DNA from: Candidatus Hermodarchaeota archaeon
Lineage (GTDB): Archaea; Asgardarchaeota; Lokiarchaeia; Sigyniarchaeales; SOKP01
Direction of reading: 5' to 3'
Assembly (NCBI GenBank): GCA_048885535.1
Contig: JBHLLO010000008.1
Span: 6,403-70,402, forward strand
DNA: 64,000 nucleotides
The stretch's first letter is position 1. Each line of letters starts with the position of its first letter. The position numbers and the translations under genes were made by a program. Below are positions 39,137-49,747 of the stretch, piece after piece. The notes under the pieces are model-generated. The model saw nothing but the letters and a program-made list of their open reading frames with translations, was not told where the DNA came from and did not search any database.

Positions 39137-39529
39137 ATGAAAATTATTTCATTACAAATTAGTGAAGATTTATTACGTCGATTTGAAGAACTTCGGATTC
39201 AAAGTGGATTTAGTTCAAAAAGTGAGGCTCTTCGAGATGCAATTGTTAAATTCATTGAAAAAAATGAAGTATTTGAAAACATGACGGGATATAAAATTAT
39301 GATTATTAATTTAGTTTATCCCTTTAAAGATCTCATCGCTGATGAAGTCTCTGAAATTTATAATCGCTACCATTCAATAATAAAAGCAATAACAGATTGG
39401 AGAATAGCTGAAAAAAAAATAGAAGTCATTATAGCGGTCGGAGACGTTCTCAATATTAAAGATTTATACAATAGTGTTGCAAAGATAAAAGATGTAATCT
39501 GTTCCATCCATGAAGTTATCATAGATTAA
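39137..39529 (+). CDS. ribbon-helix-helix (CopG/NikR-like) transcriptional regulator
   Basis: N-terminal RHH (ISLQISEDLLRRFEELR...SKSEALRDAI) plus an ACT-like C-terminal domain of NikR size. The canonical Ni-binding His cluster is not evident. Confidence 0.55.
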   Translation: MKIISLQISEDLLRRFEELRIQSGFSSKSEALRDAIVKFIEKNEVFENMTGYKIMIINLVYPFKDLIADEVSEIYNRYHSIIKAITDWRIAEKKIEVIIAVGDVLNIKDLYNSVAKIKDVICSIHEVIID

Positions 39530-39537
39530 TTCCAAAT

Positions 39538-40392
39538 TCAATCTAAACGTAGTGATAAGTCTACTTGTTTGAATGGCGCTTGTGTTAAATTACCTATACT
39601 AATAATATCTGGTTCTGCAATTATATAATCAACAATATTGTCCTTATTGATACCACCTGATACCTCAATTATCACTTTATCACGTAAATTATTATTTCTT
39701 AAGATATTAATAGCATCTTCAACTTGGTCAGGAGTCATATTATCAAGCATTATGATATCGGCTCCATTACGAGCAGCAATTAAAACGTCTTCAAGATTTT
39801 CTAATTCAATCTCAATTTTTCTTGTAAAACTTGCTTCTTTCTTAACATCTGCTAGTAATTTTTTAACGTCTTTATTATAATGTTTTAAATGTGTATCTTT
39901 TAGTAATATCATATCGTCTAATGAGAAGCGATGTGGGTCTCCTCCTCCTAAAATGACTGCTTTTTTTTCAAATATTCGAAGTCCAGGAAGAGTTTTTCTT
40001 GTGGCAGCAATTTTCACATTCTTTCCAGACGTCTTTACAATATCTACAAACTCTCTGGTGGTTGTAGTAATAGCAGACATATGTGAAACTAAATTTAATC
40101 CAACTCGTTCTCCAATTAAAATATCTCTAGTATTCCCTCTTAACTCCAGAATAATCTCATCTTTAGTAAATTGATCTCCATCTTTTTTTTTAAAGATTGT
40201 ATCAACTCCCAATATTGTAAAAAGAATAGCGAGTTCTTCTAATCCAGAAATAAAACCATCACTCTTTGCTACAATTTTCGCAGAAGATTTTGAATCAAAT
40301 GGAATAAAATGAGATGATATATCAGAAAAGCTACAATCTTCTTCAAGAAATTCTCGTATTTTTCTTTCAATAATTAATTTATTGAAACTCAT
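39538..40392 (-). CDS. nadC: nicotinate-nucleotide pyrophosphorylase (carboxylating)
   Basis: QPRTase blocks ERVGLNL, ATRKTLPGLR, GGG..HR..L.D..LLKDNH-like and MLDNM. Confidence 0.9.
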   Translation of the reverse strand: MSFNKLIIERKIREFLEEDCSFSDISSHFIPFDSKSSAKIVAKSDGFISGLEELAILFTILGVDTIFKKKDGDQFTKDEIILELRGNTRDILIGERVGLNLVSHMSAITTTTREFVDIVKTSGKNVKIAATRKTLPGLRIFEKKAVILGGGDPHRFSLDDMILLKDTHLKHYNKDVKKLLADVKKEASFTRKIEIELENLEDVLIAARNGADIIMLDNMTPDQVEDAINILRNNNLRDKVIIEVSGGINKDNIVDYIIAEPDIISIGNLTQAPFKQVDLSLRLD

Positions 40393-40450
40393 TTTTAAGT
40401 GAGATATGCTTTATAGTATAATTATTATAATATAAACCTTAAATAAAATT

Positions 40451-41089
40451 ATGGTAAAAACAGAACTAATCCTTATCCAGACTAACCAAATTAAACTTGA
40501 AGCAGAATATTTTCATTCAAATAAAAATCGAGTAAATACAACAGTATTAATAACTCATCCGCATCCTCAATTTGGTGGGGATATGCGTAATAATGTTGTA
40601 AGTGGGATATTTAATATGCTCATTCAAGAGGATATTTCGTGTTTAAGGTTCAATTTTAGAGGTGTTGGGAGATCAACTGGACATCATACAGATGGTACTG
40701 GTGAATTAAATGATGTTAAAGCCAATATTAACTATCTTCTAGATGAAAGAGGATGTGAAAAGCTATTCTTATGTGGATATTCTTATGGAGCAGCAATTGG
40801 GTGTTCTATGGTAAATTATTCTGACAAAATTATTGGTTATGCAGCAGTTTCCTTCCCGTGGGATTTTATGGGGGAGAAGTATAAAAAATTATCTTATTCC
40901 CTTAAACCAAAATTGTTTATACAAGGAGATAATGATAGTATAGCCACTTTTGATAGATTTAAAGCCCATTTTAATGATTATCAAGAACCTAAAGATAGTA
41001 TAATCATAAGAGGAGCAGATCACTTTTATTGGGGTTATGAGTCTCAAGTAGCTGAACAAGTTTTAAAGTTTTTAATCTCATTGGTTTAA
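40451..41089 (+). CDS. alpha/beta-fold hydrolase
   Basis: Nucleophile elbow GYSYGA, and a conserved HPHPQFGG N-terminal block typical of the COG2945-type hydrolases. Confidence 0.7.
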   Translation: MVKTELILIQTNQIKLEAEYFHSNKNRVNTTVLITHPHPQFGGDMRNNVVSGIFNMLIQEDISCLRFNFRGVGRSTGHHTDGTGELNDVKANINYLLDERGCEKLFLCGYSYGAAIGCSMVNYSDKIIGYAAVSFPWDFMGEKYKKLSYSLKPKLFIQGDNDSIATFDRFKAHFNDYQEPKDSIIIRGADHFYWGYESQVAEQVLKFLISLV

Positions 41090-41118
41090 AATAATTCTGT
41101 TAAACCAAATCTAAAATA

Positions 41119-41517
41119 TTATATCGATGAGAGCTTTTCAAGGTCATCTCGGCTATTTTCTTCTGCCCAGTCTAAAAGTTGGTCGTAGTATTTTTCGATA
41201 TCTTCAGATTCTGGTACTTTTGAAAGGACAGCTAAAAGAAATTGAGTTTTTTGGTCAGTCATTATTATATTTCTACAAACAATAAAATCCTCTGAATATT
41301 TTATTTTCATGCTTGTAAGTTGAGATAAATCTAATTCTTCTGATGCTTTATAAGCTGAATCGCTCAATAATGAACCCATGGCGGCAATCACTCTTTCATC
41401 TACATCATCAGCTTTTTGTGAAGCCAAAACTAACCCTGTTGATGTAGAAAATAAGGATGCTCTAAAATTACCATTATCATTTAATTCTTTCAAGACCATT
41501 TCTAATCTACTGACCAT
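41119..41517 (-). CDS. Roadblock/LC7 (MglB-like) domain protein
   Basis: Alpha-beta-beta-alpha-beta-beta-beta order with ...FRASLFSTSTGLVLAS...VIAAMGSLLSDSAYKASEEL...SMKIKYSEDFIVCRNI..., typical of Roadblock/LC7. Confidence 0.7.
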   Translation of the reverse strand: MVSRLEMVLKELNDNGNFRASLFSTSTGLVLASQKADDVDERVIAAMGSLLSDSAYKASEELDLSQLTSMKIKYSEDFIVCRNIIMTDQKTQFLLAVLSKVPESEDIEKYYDQLLDWAEENSRDDLEKLSSI

Positions 41518-41606
41518 GATATCACGAAGTTTTATTTTAAAATTGTTCTCGCGTTTTATATTATGTATATTAAATATGAAGATTCTTTTATTTAATATTT
41601 ACTTAT

Positions 41607-42128
41607 TTATATATTTAGATTAACTAAAAAAGTTGTTAGTATCTCATCCTTATCTATGCTTAAAGTTATAACACTGGGTCTTGCTACTGGCTTTTTAAAA
41701 CCTTTTTTCTGAGGAGGTGCCTTTGGTTGAGTAGGACTTCCAGGATTAATTAATAAAGTGTTATATGGTGTACCTTTAATTAAGGGTTGATGAGTGTGAC
41801 CAAATATTAAGATATTTAAATCATTTTTTTTAAAAAAAGCTTCTAAATTATCAGGTTGTTGATGAATTACTCCAATATTATACCTACCTATTGAAAATTT
41901 GATAAAATTAGGGAGATTATTAATTTTATCTTCATTTCCGTGAACACACTTAGTTGGTGCTATTTTATTTAATTCTTTTAGAAAATCTTCATTACAAACG
42001 TCTCCAGCATGAATTATTTCATCTACATCACTAAAAGCTTTCCTCAATTGATCAAGTAAAGTTTTTACTAGAATGGGATTAGTATCTGAAATAAAATGAG
42101 TGTCTGCTATAATCCCAAATTTAACCAT
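41607..42128 (-). CDS. YfcE/MJ0936-family metallophosphoesterase
   Basis: Motifs GIIADTHF, HAGD, GNED and GHTH. Confidence 0.85.
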   Translation of the reverse strand: MVKFGIIADTHFISDTNPILVKTLLDQLRKAFSDVDEIIHAGDVCNEDFLKELNKIAPTKCVHGNEDKINNLPNFIKFSIGRYNIGVIHQQPDNLEAFFKKNDLNILIFGHTHQPLIKGTPYNTLLINPGSPTQPKAPPQKKGFKKPVARPSVITLSIDKDEILTTFLVNLNI

Positions 42129-42138
42129 AATAACCTTG

Positions 42139-43209
42139 CTATATTAAAATAATTCCAATCATATAAATTATTAATCCAAAAAGAAAGTCAGTAAAAATTC
42201 TAAAGATTTTATGAGATGTTTTCTCTTTTTTAGATACATCATTTTTAAAATATGCACCAAATTCTCTTAAACCGATGGTTAAACCTTCTTTAATTCGAGG
42301 AAATTGCCAAATAAGAAGTACTATACTTATTGTTAATAATGGACAGTATAAATAAAATGAAAAAGGAAAGAAGCTGTTTCCTTGCAAATAATTCCAAATA
42401 ATTTGGGTGGTTATAATGTTATTAAAAGCATGGGCGAATATTGCAGGAAATAACCATCTTCTTCTTATCACTAGCATCGCAAGAATAATTCCAACAAAAA
42501 AGCTCTGCAGAAACCAAATTATTGGAAAAATTATAGGAAGAACTATTGTATATGACGTAACTATATACGCAAAGTGCTGTAGTCCAAAAAAAAAGGAAGA
42601 TATTATTACTGCTGACATATTATGAACATAATCACTCCCTCTATTGGCTAAAAATCCACGAGTTAATGATTCTTCATATATTGAAACACTACTCTGAATA
42701 ATTAATGTAGAGATAATAAAATAAAAATAATCCTCTAAAAGATAAGAGTTCAAGGATCCTGGGGAATAAACATCCAGAGCAATAGAAAAATACTCTAACA
42801 TATTTGGAAAAAATAAATACGTAAAAAAGTCTAACGGTATAAAAACTAAAAATAATAAAAGAACACCATACAAAAATTGATACTTATAATTTCTCTCAGG
42901 AATTCTCAATAAATCTATGAAATTCTTTGAAGGGCTGATATCCTCTTTTAATATTAGCTTTCTCTTTTGAGATTGTAAAGCAAAATTAGAAACAATCAGG
43001 GAAACAGGAATTGCCGCTAAAATGATGAAAGCTCTGAATAAAAAGTATAAAGGTTCATAAGGTCTTGAAGTTGGATCTACAAGCAAATTAGGTATAAATG
43101 TAGGTATTAACAAAAATAAAAAAACACCTAAAAAAATAATGAGGATTTCAAGAAGGAAGTAAAGTCTTTGTCTAAATATTAATTTTATTGAGCTCCTTAG
43201 TTTTGCCAT
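42139..43209 (-). CDS. CPBP-family intramembrane glutamic endopeptidase (CAAX-protease-like)
   Basis: Motifs EESLTRGF, FGLQH and HAFNN in a polytopic membrane protein. Confidence 0.8.
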   Translation of the reverse strand: MAKLRSSIKLIFRQRLYFLLEILIIFLGVFLFLLIPTFIPNLLVDPTSRPYEPLYFLFRAFIILAAIPVSLIVSNFALQSQKRKLILKEDISPSKNFIDLLRIPERNYKYQFLYGVLLLFLVFIPLDFFTYLFFPNMLEYFSIALDVYSPGSLNSYLLEDYFYFIISTLIIQSSVSIYEESLTRGFLANRGSDYVHNMSAVIISSFFFGLQHFAYIVTSYTIVLPIIFPIIWFLQSFFVGIILAMLVIRRRWLFPAIFAHAFNNIITTQIIWNYLQGNSFFPFSFYLYCPLLTISIVLLIWQFPRIKEGLTIGLREFGAYFKNDVSKKEKTSHKIFRIFTDFLFGLIIYMIGIILI

Positions 43210-43291
43210 AAATTATCCTTGAATTTGATAATATGAATAACATAGTATTGATTTAACAAATTTTAAACTTTATTGTTTTCCCTTTTCCTAA

Positions 43292-44473
43292 TTAAACATA
43301 ATTAAAAGTTCCAAATTCAGATTTAATTACGACGCTGTTTTTATTTTGGAGGGGATTTTTCTCACAATGACCAACGACTTTACAATCTATATTATATTTC
43401 TTAATAATATTTAAAATATCTTTTGAAAATGATTCATTACAATAAATTTCCATTCTATGTCCCATATTAAAAGTTTGAAACATCTCTCTCCATTCTGTTT
43501 CAGAAGATTGTTGAATAAGCCGAAAGATTTTTGGGACTACAAATAAATTGTTTTTGCAATATCTTATACCTCTTCCAAAATTTAATACTTTCGTTTGACC
43601 CCCCCCTGTATTATGAATTATTCCATGTATTTCACTTCTAAACTTCTTTAACACATCAATAATCGCAGGAGCATAGGTTCTTGTTGGAGAAAGAAGAGCT
43701 TCCCCTATAGTCATATTCAAATCTTCAACTTTGTCAGTTAAAAGATAATTTCCAAAAAATATGAACTTCTCTTCAATATCAGGATCAAAACACTGAGGAT
43801 ATTTTTCATAATAATAATGAGAAAGTAATCCATGCCTAGCTAAAGTTAATCCGTTGCTTCCTATTCCGCTATTGTACTCACTTTCATAAGTAGCTTTCCC
43901 ATAACTAGCTAAACCTATTATTACATCATCACTCTGTATATTACTTGCATCGATCACATCATCTCTTTTCATAGACGTGAAGATAGAAGCATCAACTAGC
44001 AGAGTTTTAACAATATCTCCAACATCAGCAGTTTCTCCTCCGGAAGTGATTATATGTAATCCTAGATTAGAAATTTTTTTGGAATAGGATTCATATTCAT
44101 TGATAATACTTCCAATAATTTCTCCAGAAATTAAATTACGATTCCTACTGATATTATTAGACAAGAATATATCACCTGTGGCCCCAACGCATAAAATATC
44201 ATCTATATTCATTACAATTGCATCTCTTGCTAGCCCCCTAAAAACGGATAGATCATTTGATTCTTTATAATACATATAAGCTAGAATAGATTTTGTACCT
44301 GCTCCATCAGAATGGAAAATAGAACAATAATCTTTTCGATTATTAAAATCTCTTACAATTTTGCAGAATGCTCCTGGAAACAAACCTCTGTCAATTGACT
44401 CTATCGCCTTATGCACATCCTCCTTTTTGGATGAAACTCCTAATTTAGAATAAATATCTTTATTATTATTCAT
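43292..44473 (-). CDS. purM: phosphoribosylformylglycinamidine cyclo-ligase (long-form AIR synthase)
   Basis: PurM/AIR-synthase N and C domains (GVSSKKEDVH..., HSDGAGTKS, GGETA). It lies immediately downstream of purB. Confidence 0.7.
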   Translation of the reverse strand: MNNNKDIYSKLGVSSKKEDVHKAIESIDRGLFPGAFCKIVRDFNNRKDYCSIFHSDGAGTKSILAYMYYKESNDLSVFRGLARDAIVMNIDDILCVGATGDIFLSNNISRNRNLISGEIIGSIINEYESYSKKISNLGLHIITSGGETADVGDIVKTLLVDASIFTSMKRDDVIDASNIQSDDVIIGLASYGKATYESEYNSGIGSNGLTLARHGLLSHYYYEKYPQCFDPDIEEKFIFFGNYLLTDKVEDLNMTIGEALLSPTRTYAPAIIDVLKKFRSEIHGIIHNTGGGQTKVLNFGRGIRYCKNNLFVVPKIFRLIQQSSETEWREMFQTFNMGHRMEIYCNESFSKDILNIIKKYNIDCKVVGHCEKNPLQNKNSVVIKSEFGTFNYV

Positions 44474-44474
44474 C

Positions 44475-45833
44475 TTATAAATTGAATTTTTTTTCGAGAT
44501 ATGATTTTAAATTATCAATTTGTTCGACTGCTTTCCCAATATACTTATGTGGATTTAATAGTTCATTTAATTCATCTTCTCTAAATTTATCTTTAATGAT
44601 ATTATTCTCAAGCAATATATTTTTAATCAAACGATTTTCTTTTTTAGATTTAATAACTGACTGCCTTAATATCTCATGTCCTTCTTGTCTTCCAATACCT
44701 TTATCAACTAAAGCCACCATAATCCTCTCAGCTAAGCATGCCCCTTTCGTAAGGTTTAGATTTTCTTCAATTCTCTTTGCATCAAATTCAATATCTGAGA
44801 GGTTAGCTATTATCTGTTTTAACATGAAATCTAATAACACAAAATTCTCCGCAAAAGTAAATCTTTCATTTGCTGAATTTGTAATATCTCTTTCATCTTC
44901 AAGAACAATATTATCTAAAGCAGGAATTGCATTTGATTTTAAAATTCTGGCTAAACTACAGATTCTCTCAGATTTGTAGGGATTCCTTTTATGTGGCATG
45001 GTCGAACTTCCTACTTGAGCTTCTTTGAACGGCTCAAACATCTCAGATATTTCAGTTCGTTGTAATATGCGGAATTGTGTAGCTATTTTTGCTAAAGTTT
45101 GGCCAATTAATGCAGTTAACAATATTACTTCAGCATGGCGATCTCTTTGAACAATTTGATTTGCAATAAGAACTGGACTCAACCCAAGCTCTCTCATGAC
45201 AGCTTTTTGAAGCTTAATGCCATAATCGCTAAAACTTGCCATAGTACCAACAGCTCCTGACATTTTTCCATAAGAAATTCGTTCCAATACTTCGTCTAAT
45301 CGATCAAGATGTCGATTTACTTCATATGCCCATACACCAAATCTCATACCATATGTTGTAGGTAAAGCATGTTGTCCATGTGTTCTTCCTATACAGACTA
45401 TTTCCTTAGTTTGATCCATTAATTTTACTAAGACTTTTAATAACGTTAAGAGAGAATTACGAGTATAAATAAGCGCTTCTTTTATTAGTAAAGCTGTGGC
45501 AGTATCTTCTATATCATAACTTGTTGCTCCTAGATGAATATATTTACCTGCATCACCTTCACATTGTTCTCCTAATGCCTTTACCACAGCCATCAAATCA
45601 TGATGAATTCTATCATCAATTTCCTTGACCCGCTCTAATTTAACGTAATTTAAATTTGCTTTTTTAATAATTTCATTTGCTGCGTTCTGAGGTATATTTC
45701 CAAGCTCTGCATGGATTTTCGCTAAAACAGCCTCTACTTTTAGCCACGTTTCCAATCTTTTTTCTTCTGTGAAAAGATTAGCCAATTCAGTCCGATAGCG
45801 GGTTTCAATTGGATGTATAAACTTATGGTCCAT
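44475..45833 (-). CDS. purB: adenylosuccinate lyase
   Basis: Fumarate-lyase signature SSTMPHKRNP, and an N-terminal PurB-like region. Confidence 0.9.
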   Translation of the reverse strand: MDHKFIHPIETRYRTELANLFTEEKRLETWLKVEAVLAKIHAELGNIPQNAANEIIKKANLNYVKLERVKEIDDRIHHDLMAVVKALGEQCEGDAGKYIHLGATSYDIEDTATALLIKEALIYTRNSLLTLLKVLVKLMDQTKEIVCIGRTHGQHALPTTYGMRFGVWAYEVNRHLDRLDEVLERISYGKMSGAVGTMASFSDYGIKLQKAVMRELGLSPVLIANQIVQRDRHAEVILLTALIGQTLAKIATQFRILQRTEISEMFEPFKEAQVGSSTMPHKRNPYKSERICSLARILKSNAIPALDNIVLEDERDITNSANERFTFAENFVLLDFMLKQIIANLSDIEFDAKRIEENLNLTKGACLAERIMVALVDKGIGRQEGHEILRQSVIKSKKENRLIKNILLENNIIKDKFREDELNELLNPHKYIGKAVEQIDNLKSYLEKKFNL

Positions 45834-46049
45834 TAAACTCCCTTTTCATATTATTTTTCTAATTTTATAAAAGTAAAAATGAAATATTATCTTTTTTATT
45901 AAAAATCTGATATCCTTAACATTTAGAGTAATTTCAAGTAATGAAGTTTGCACTTCTTAATAATAAATATCTATGTATTCTATATAGCAAATTACTAAAT
46001 TTTTAACCTTATTAAAATATTAAGTTGTTACTTATTTTTTTATTTTGGA

Positions 46050-46280
46050 ATGCAAAATATTCAAAAATACTATTTCTATCGATGTTATTACTGTGGTGAA
46101 TGGTATTATTGCAATAAAATTATTAAAACTAAAAAGTGTTGGAAATGTAACCACACGTTCACATTTAAGCAGTCAGCTAAATTTTCAAAAGAAGTGAACC
46201 TTGCCCAGGCAACAAAAATCATTAAATATCTAAAAAGAAATGCAGAATGTGAAATTAATAACATCTTAACCTCAAAATAA
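46050..46280 (+). CDS. small zinc-ribbon protein (DUF1922-like)
   Basis: FYRCYYCG...KTKKCWKCNH followed by a short helical tail. This pattern matches archaeal DUF1922 proteins. Confidence 0.4.
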   Translation: MQNIQKYYFYRCYYCGEWYYCNKIIKTKKCWKCNHTFTFKQSAKFSKEVNLAQATKIIKYLKRNAECEINNILTSK

Positions 46281-46388
46281 TTAAATAGATCGAATTTATT
46301 TTATAAAAAAAATACATTAATTTTCAATTATTCAATCACCTTATTAGATGATTCACTTTTTTATCTTCAAAATAAACAATTATTTATT

Positions 46389-47840
46389 ATGAAAATGATT
46401 GATGAATTAAAAGTATTTGATGATAGCTTAATAGAAAGACTTTCAAATTTAGCAAAAAATGAAATTGAATACTGGGATATTAGGATTACACTTCAAAACG
46501 GAACAACATTAGATTTTACAAATCAAAGAAGCAAAGAAATTAGTTCATATGAAACTGTAGAATGTGGAATAAGAACATTTTTAAGTGGTGGATGGGGATT
46601 TTGTGTACCAAAAACATTAAGTAGAGAAAGTATAATAAACAGTTTTTCAAAGGCGATCAAGCTTGCAAAGAAATCTAATCTACTTTGTAGAAATAAGTTT
46701 AATATAGCTGAAACAAAACCCATTCAAAATCATTTTAAAATTAATAGTAAAAAAAAATTAGAAAACATTGATATAATTGATAAAATTGAGATTGTAAAAT
46801 ATCATGAAGAAATCGCTTCTAATTACTCTAAAGAAGTAAAAAATAGTCATACAATATATTTAGATGGTTATTCTAAACATCTATTTATAAATTCTTTTGA
46901 TAGTAAGATATACCAGGATTTTGAAATATTACGTATCTTTTCAGCTGTCTATGCTCAAAAGAAAGGTATAATACAAAATGCTATGAATTCAGTTGGAGGA
47001 GTTGGGGGATTTGAAATTGTAGAAACTGAAGAAGCTGAGAATGTGAGTCTGAAATCAGCAAAACAAGCAATTGCGCTTTTAGACGCTAAATCGCCCGTAG
47101 GTGGTAAATTTAATGTGATAATGGATTCCAAGTTAACAGGAACCTTTATTCATGAAGCATTTGGTCATGCTTGTGAGGCTGATCTCGTTTTAAACAAGGA
47201 AAGTATCTTAGAAGATAAAATTGGAAAAACAGTAGCAATTGAAGATGTAAACGTAATTGATGATCCCACTATAGGTCAAGGAAAAGCATTTAATTTACCA
47301 TATGAATTATATGGAAGTTATTTTGTAGATGATGAGGGTGTCCCTGCACAAAAAACTTCAATAATTGAAAACGGTGTCCTTCGAAACTTCTTACATAATA
47401 TTGAAACCGCCTCAAGGATGTCTGTAATGCCCAATGGTCATGGAAGAGCTAATTCCAGTACAGCAAATCCTCAAGTGAGGATGGGTTTCACATATTTAGA
47501 ACCTAAAGATTGGGAATTGGATGAGATGATTGAAGATACAAAAGTGGGGATGTTATGTGAGGATTTCCAATATGGATATACTGATGCTACAACAGGAAAT
47601 TTTCAATTTAAATGTAAATTTTCTTATAAAATTGAAAATGGGGATAAAAAAGAATTAATGAGAGATGTATCACTTTCTGGAATGACTTTAGAAGTATTGA
47701 AAAAAATAAATGCTATAGGCAATAGAAAAACTTTTCATTATTCTGACGGAATATGCGGAAAAGGTGGTCAAGGTATAAGAGTATGTGATGGAGGGCCATA
47801 TATTAGAACTAAAGATATTATTGTTGGAGGACTTAATTAG
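46389..47840 (+). CDS. tldD: TldD-family metalloprotease
   Basis: HExxxH (IHEAFGHACE), and GxC/GGxY-type C-terminal blocks. It is paired with PmbA. Confidence 0.85.
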   Translation: MKMIDELKVFDDSLIERLSNLAKNEIEYWDIRITLQNGTTLDFTNQRSKEISSYETVECGIRTFLSGGWGFCVPKTLSRESIINSFSKAIKLAKKSNLLCRNKFNIAETKPIQNHFKINSKKKLENIDIIDKIEIVKYHEEIASNYSKEVKNSHTIYLDGYSKHLFINSFDSKIYQDFEILRIFSAVYAQKKGIIQNAMNSVGGVGGFEIVETEEAENVSLKSAKQAIALLDAKSPVGGKFNVIMDSKLTGTFIHEAFGHACEADLVLNKESILEDKIGKTVAIEDVNVIDDPTIGQGKAFNLPYELYGSYFVDDEGVPAQKTSIIENGVLRNFLHNIETASRMSVMPNGHGRANSSTANPQVRMGFTYLEPKDWELDEMIEDTKVGMLCEDFQYGYTDATTGNFQFKCKFSYKIENGDKKELMRDVSLSGMTLEVLKKINAIGNRKTFHYSDGICGKGGQGIRVCDGGPYIRTKDIIVGGLN

Positions 47841-49211
47841 ATGGATAATACTTCAAATATATTCAACCTTGCTTCAACAGGATTGAAATTTGCAGAAAAA
47901 AGTGGTGGGATGCTCGCTGAAATATATTTCTCGCTTAATGATTACATTAATATAGATATAGAAGAAAACTCGATAAAAAACAATGAAATTGGCAGTGATT
48001 ACGGTGTTGGAATTCGTTTGATAAATCAAAAAGGTTCATTAGGATTTGCTTTTACCAACAGATTAGATCAAAAATATATTGAGAAAATGACTAAAAATGC
48101 AGCTAGCATGATGAGAGTTGGAACAGAGGATCCCGATTTTAAGAATTTACCTCCTAGATATGAAAATTATAACCAAGTTAAAGGGCTGTATGATAAAAAT
48201 ATAAAAAATCTACCAATTGAGGATTCAATCAAATATGTTGCAAATCTAATTAAGATCTGCGATGAGGACGAACTTGCAGTATCTCAGTCTGGGAATTTTT
48301 CATCTAGCTATAATAAAACATTCATTTTCAATACTAATGGATTAGAAGTAAAATCTAAAACTACAGTTTGCTCTATCTCTTCACACGTTATTGTAAAGGA
48401 TCAATTAACCAAAGATACCTCCTTTGGTTTTGAAAATCAGATCAAAAGGAATCTAAAGGAAATAAATAGCGAGCAAGTTATTAAAGCAGCTTTAAATAGT
48501 GCAAAACGAAATTTAAATAGGAAAAAAATAAAAAGTACTAAGGTACCGATAATTCTTACTCCTAAAGGAGTAATTAGTTTTATTTTAAGACCATTAGCTT
48601 CAGCTATTAATGCTGAAACTTTCCAATATAAAAGGAGTTTCCTTGTTGGAAAGAGAGGTGAATCCATTGGACCATCATTTCTAAATATTGAGGATAACGC
48701 ATTAGTTGATGGAGCTGTAGGATCTGCTACTTTTGATGGAGAAGGAGTGCCTTGTAAAAACAAGAAAGTAATCGAAAAAGGAATATTCTTGAAATCTGGA
48801 TTATTACACAATACTTACACTGCCAATAAAGAGGGTGTTGAGAGCTCAGGAAATGCAGCACGTAATTCATATGGTTCCCTGCCAAGTATCGGAATTTCTA
48901 ACCTTATTCTTCAAGCAGGAGAATCAACAAGAAAAGAAATGATTGGGGATGTCAAAGAAGGTATTTTTCTGGATTATACTGGTGACAGACCTAATATTTC
49001 TACAGGAGATTTTTCTGGATTAATCCTACAAGGAAATTTAATAAAAAATGGTGAAATTTCAGATCCACTCAATGAGACAATGTTTGGCATTAATTTGTTA
49101 GATCTATTTAACCGTATTGAAGAAGTCTCTAAAGAGGTAAAAATTTATGGTCCCTATCAAGCTCCTTATGTGAAAATTAAGGATGTACAAATTATTGGAA
49201 GTGCTATTTAA
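47841..49211 (+). CDS. pmbA: PmbA/TldE-family protein
   Basis: TldD/PmbA fold without HExxxH. It starts 1 nt after the tldD stop. Confidence 0.8.
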   Translation: MDNTSNIFNLASTGLKFAEKSGGMLAEIYFSLNDYINIDIEENSIKNNEIGSDYGVGIRLINQKGSLGFAFTNRLDQKYIEKMTKNAASMMRVGTEDPDFKNLPPRYENYNQVKGLYDKNIKNLPIEDSIKYVANLIKICDEDELAVSQSGNFSSSYNKTFIFNTNGLEVKSKTTVCSISSHVIVKDQLTKDTSFGFENQIKRNLKEINSEQVIKAALNSAKRNLNRKKIKSTKVPIILTPKGVISFILRPLASAINAETFQYKRSFLVGKRGESIGPSFLNIEDNALVDGAVGSATFDGEGVPCKNKKVIEKGIFLKSGLLHNTYTANKEGVESSGNAARNSYGSLPSIGISNLILQAGESTRKEMIGDVKEGIFLDYTGDRPNISTGDFSGLILQGNLIKNGEISDPLNETMFGINLLDLFNRIEEVSKEVKIYGPYQAPYVKIKDVQIIGSAI

Positions 49212-49747
49212 GTAGTAATATTTAACCACAAAAATAGAAAATCAAAGTACTTTTCAATATCTGATATCTCCCATAATTCAACAATAATCCTCTGATTAGC
49301 ACCTGGTAGTGAAAATGAAACATTTAACATGTTAGAAATCCAACCTTCACTATGCTTTAATGTAAATTGGCTAGAATTGTAATATGAGGTTGCATTTTTA
49401 GCTGGTTCAGTTGGACTTAAAATAGTGTTATTGTCACCCGTTAGTATTTCTACCTTAAAGGTAAAATCTCTATTTAGATAATTTTGAACAGATACATAGA
49501 ATGATATATTCTCTCCTACATTTGCTTCTATTGGGTAATTCTCAGCTCTCTTTTCTGAATTTAGTAATCCAAAAATAACAAAACCCGGCTCAGGAGTTAA
49601 AATGTAATATATTATAAAGCCAGATACAATGAGAATCCCTATGATTACACTAATTTTCACTATTTTCTCAAGAGGATGACTCTTACTCAATTCATCAACT
49701 TTTTTCTCATTTCTCTGCACTTTATACATTATCTTTAAACCATGCAA
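49208..49747 (-). CDS. hypothetical membrane-anchored protein
   Basis: A single N-terminal TM segment followed by a beta-rich Asn/Ser-rich ectodomain. It overlaps the upstream sugar-nucleotide gene. Confidence 0.4.
   Translation of the reverse strand: MHGLKIMYKVQRNEKKVDELSKSHPLEKIVKISVIIGILIVSGFIIYYILTPEPGFVIFGLLNSEKRAENYPIEANVGENISFYVSVQNYLNRDFTFKVEILTGDNNTILSPTEPAKNATSYYNSSQFTLKHSEGWISNMLNVSFSLPGANQRIIVELWEISDIEKYFDFLFLWLNITT

Noticed and set aside
39137-39529. Calling the RHH regulator a true nickel-responsive NikR.
   Set aside because: The size and the RHH-plus-ACT-like architecture fit. However, the C-terminal domain lacks the clustered His/Cys nickel ligands I would expect, so only a CopG/NikR-like call is made.
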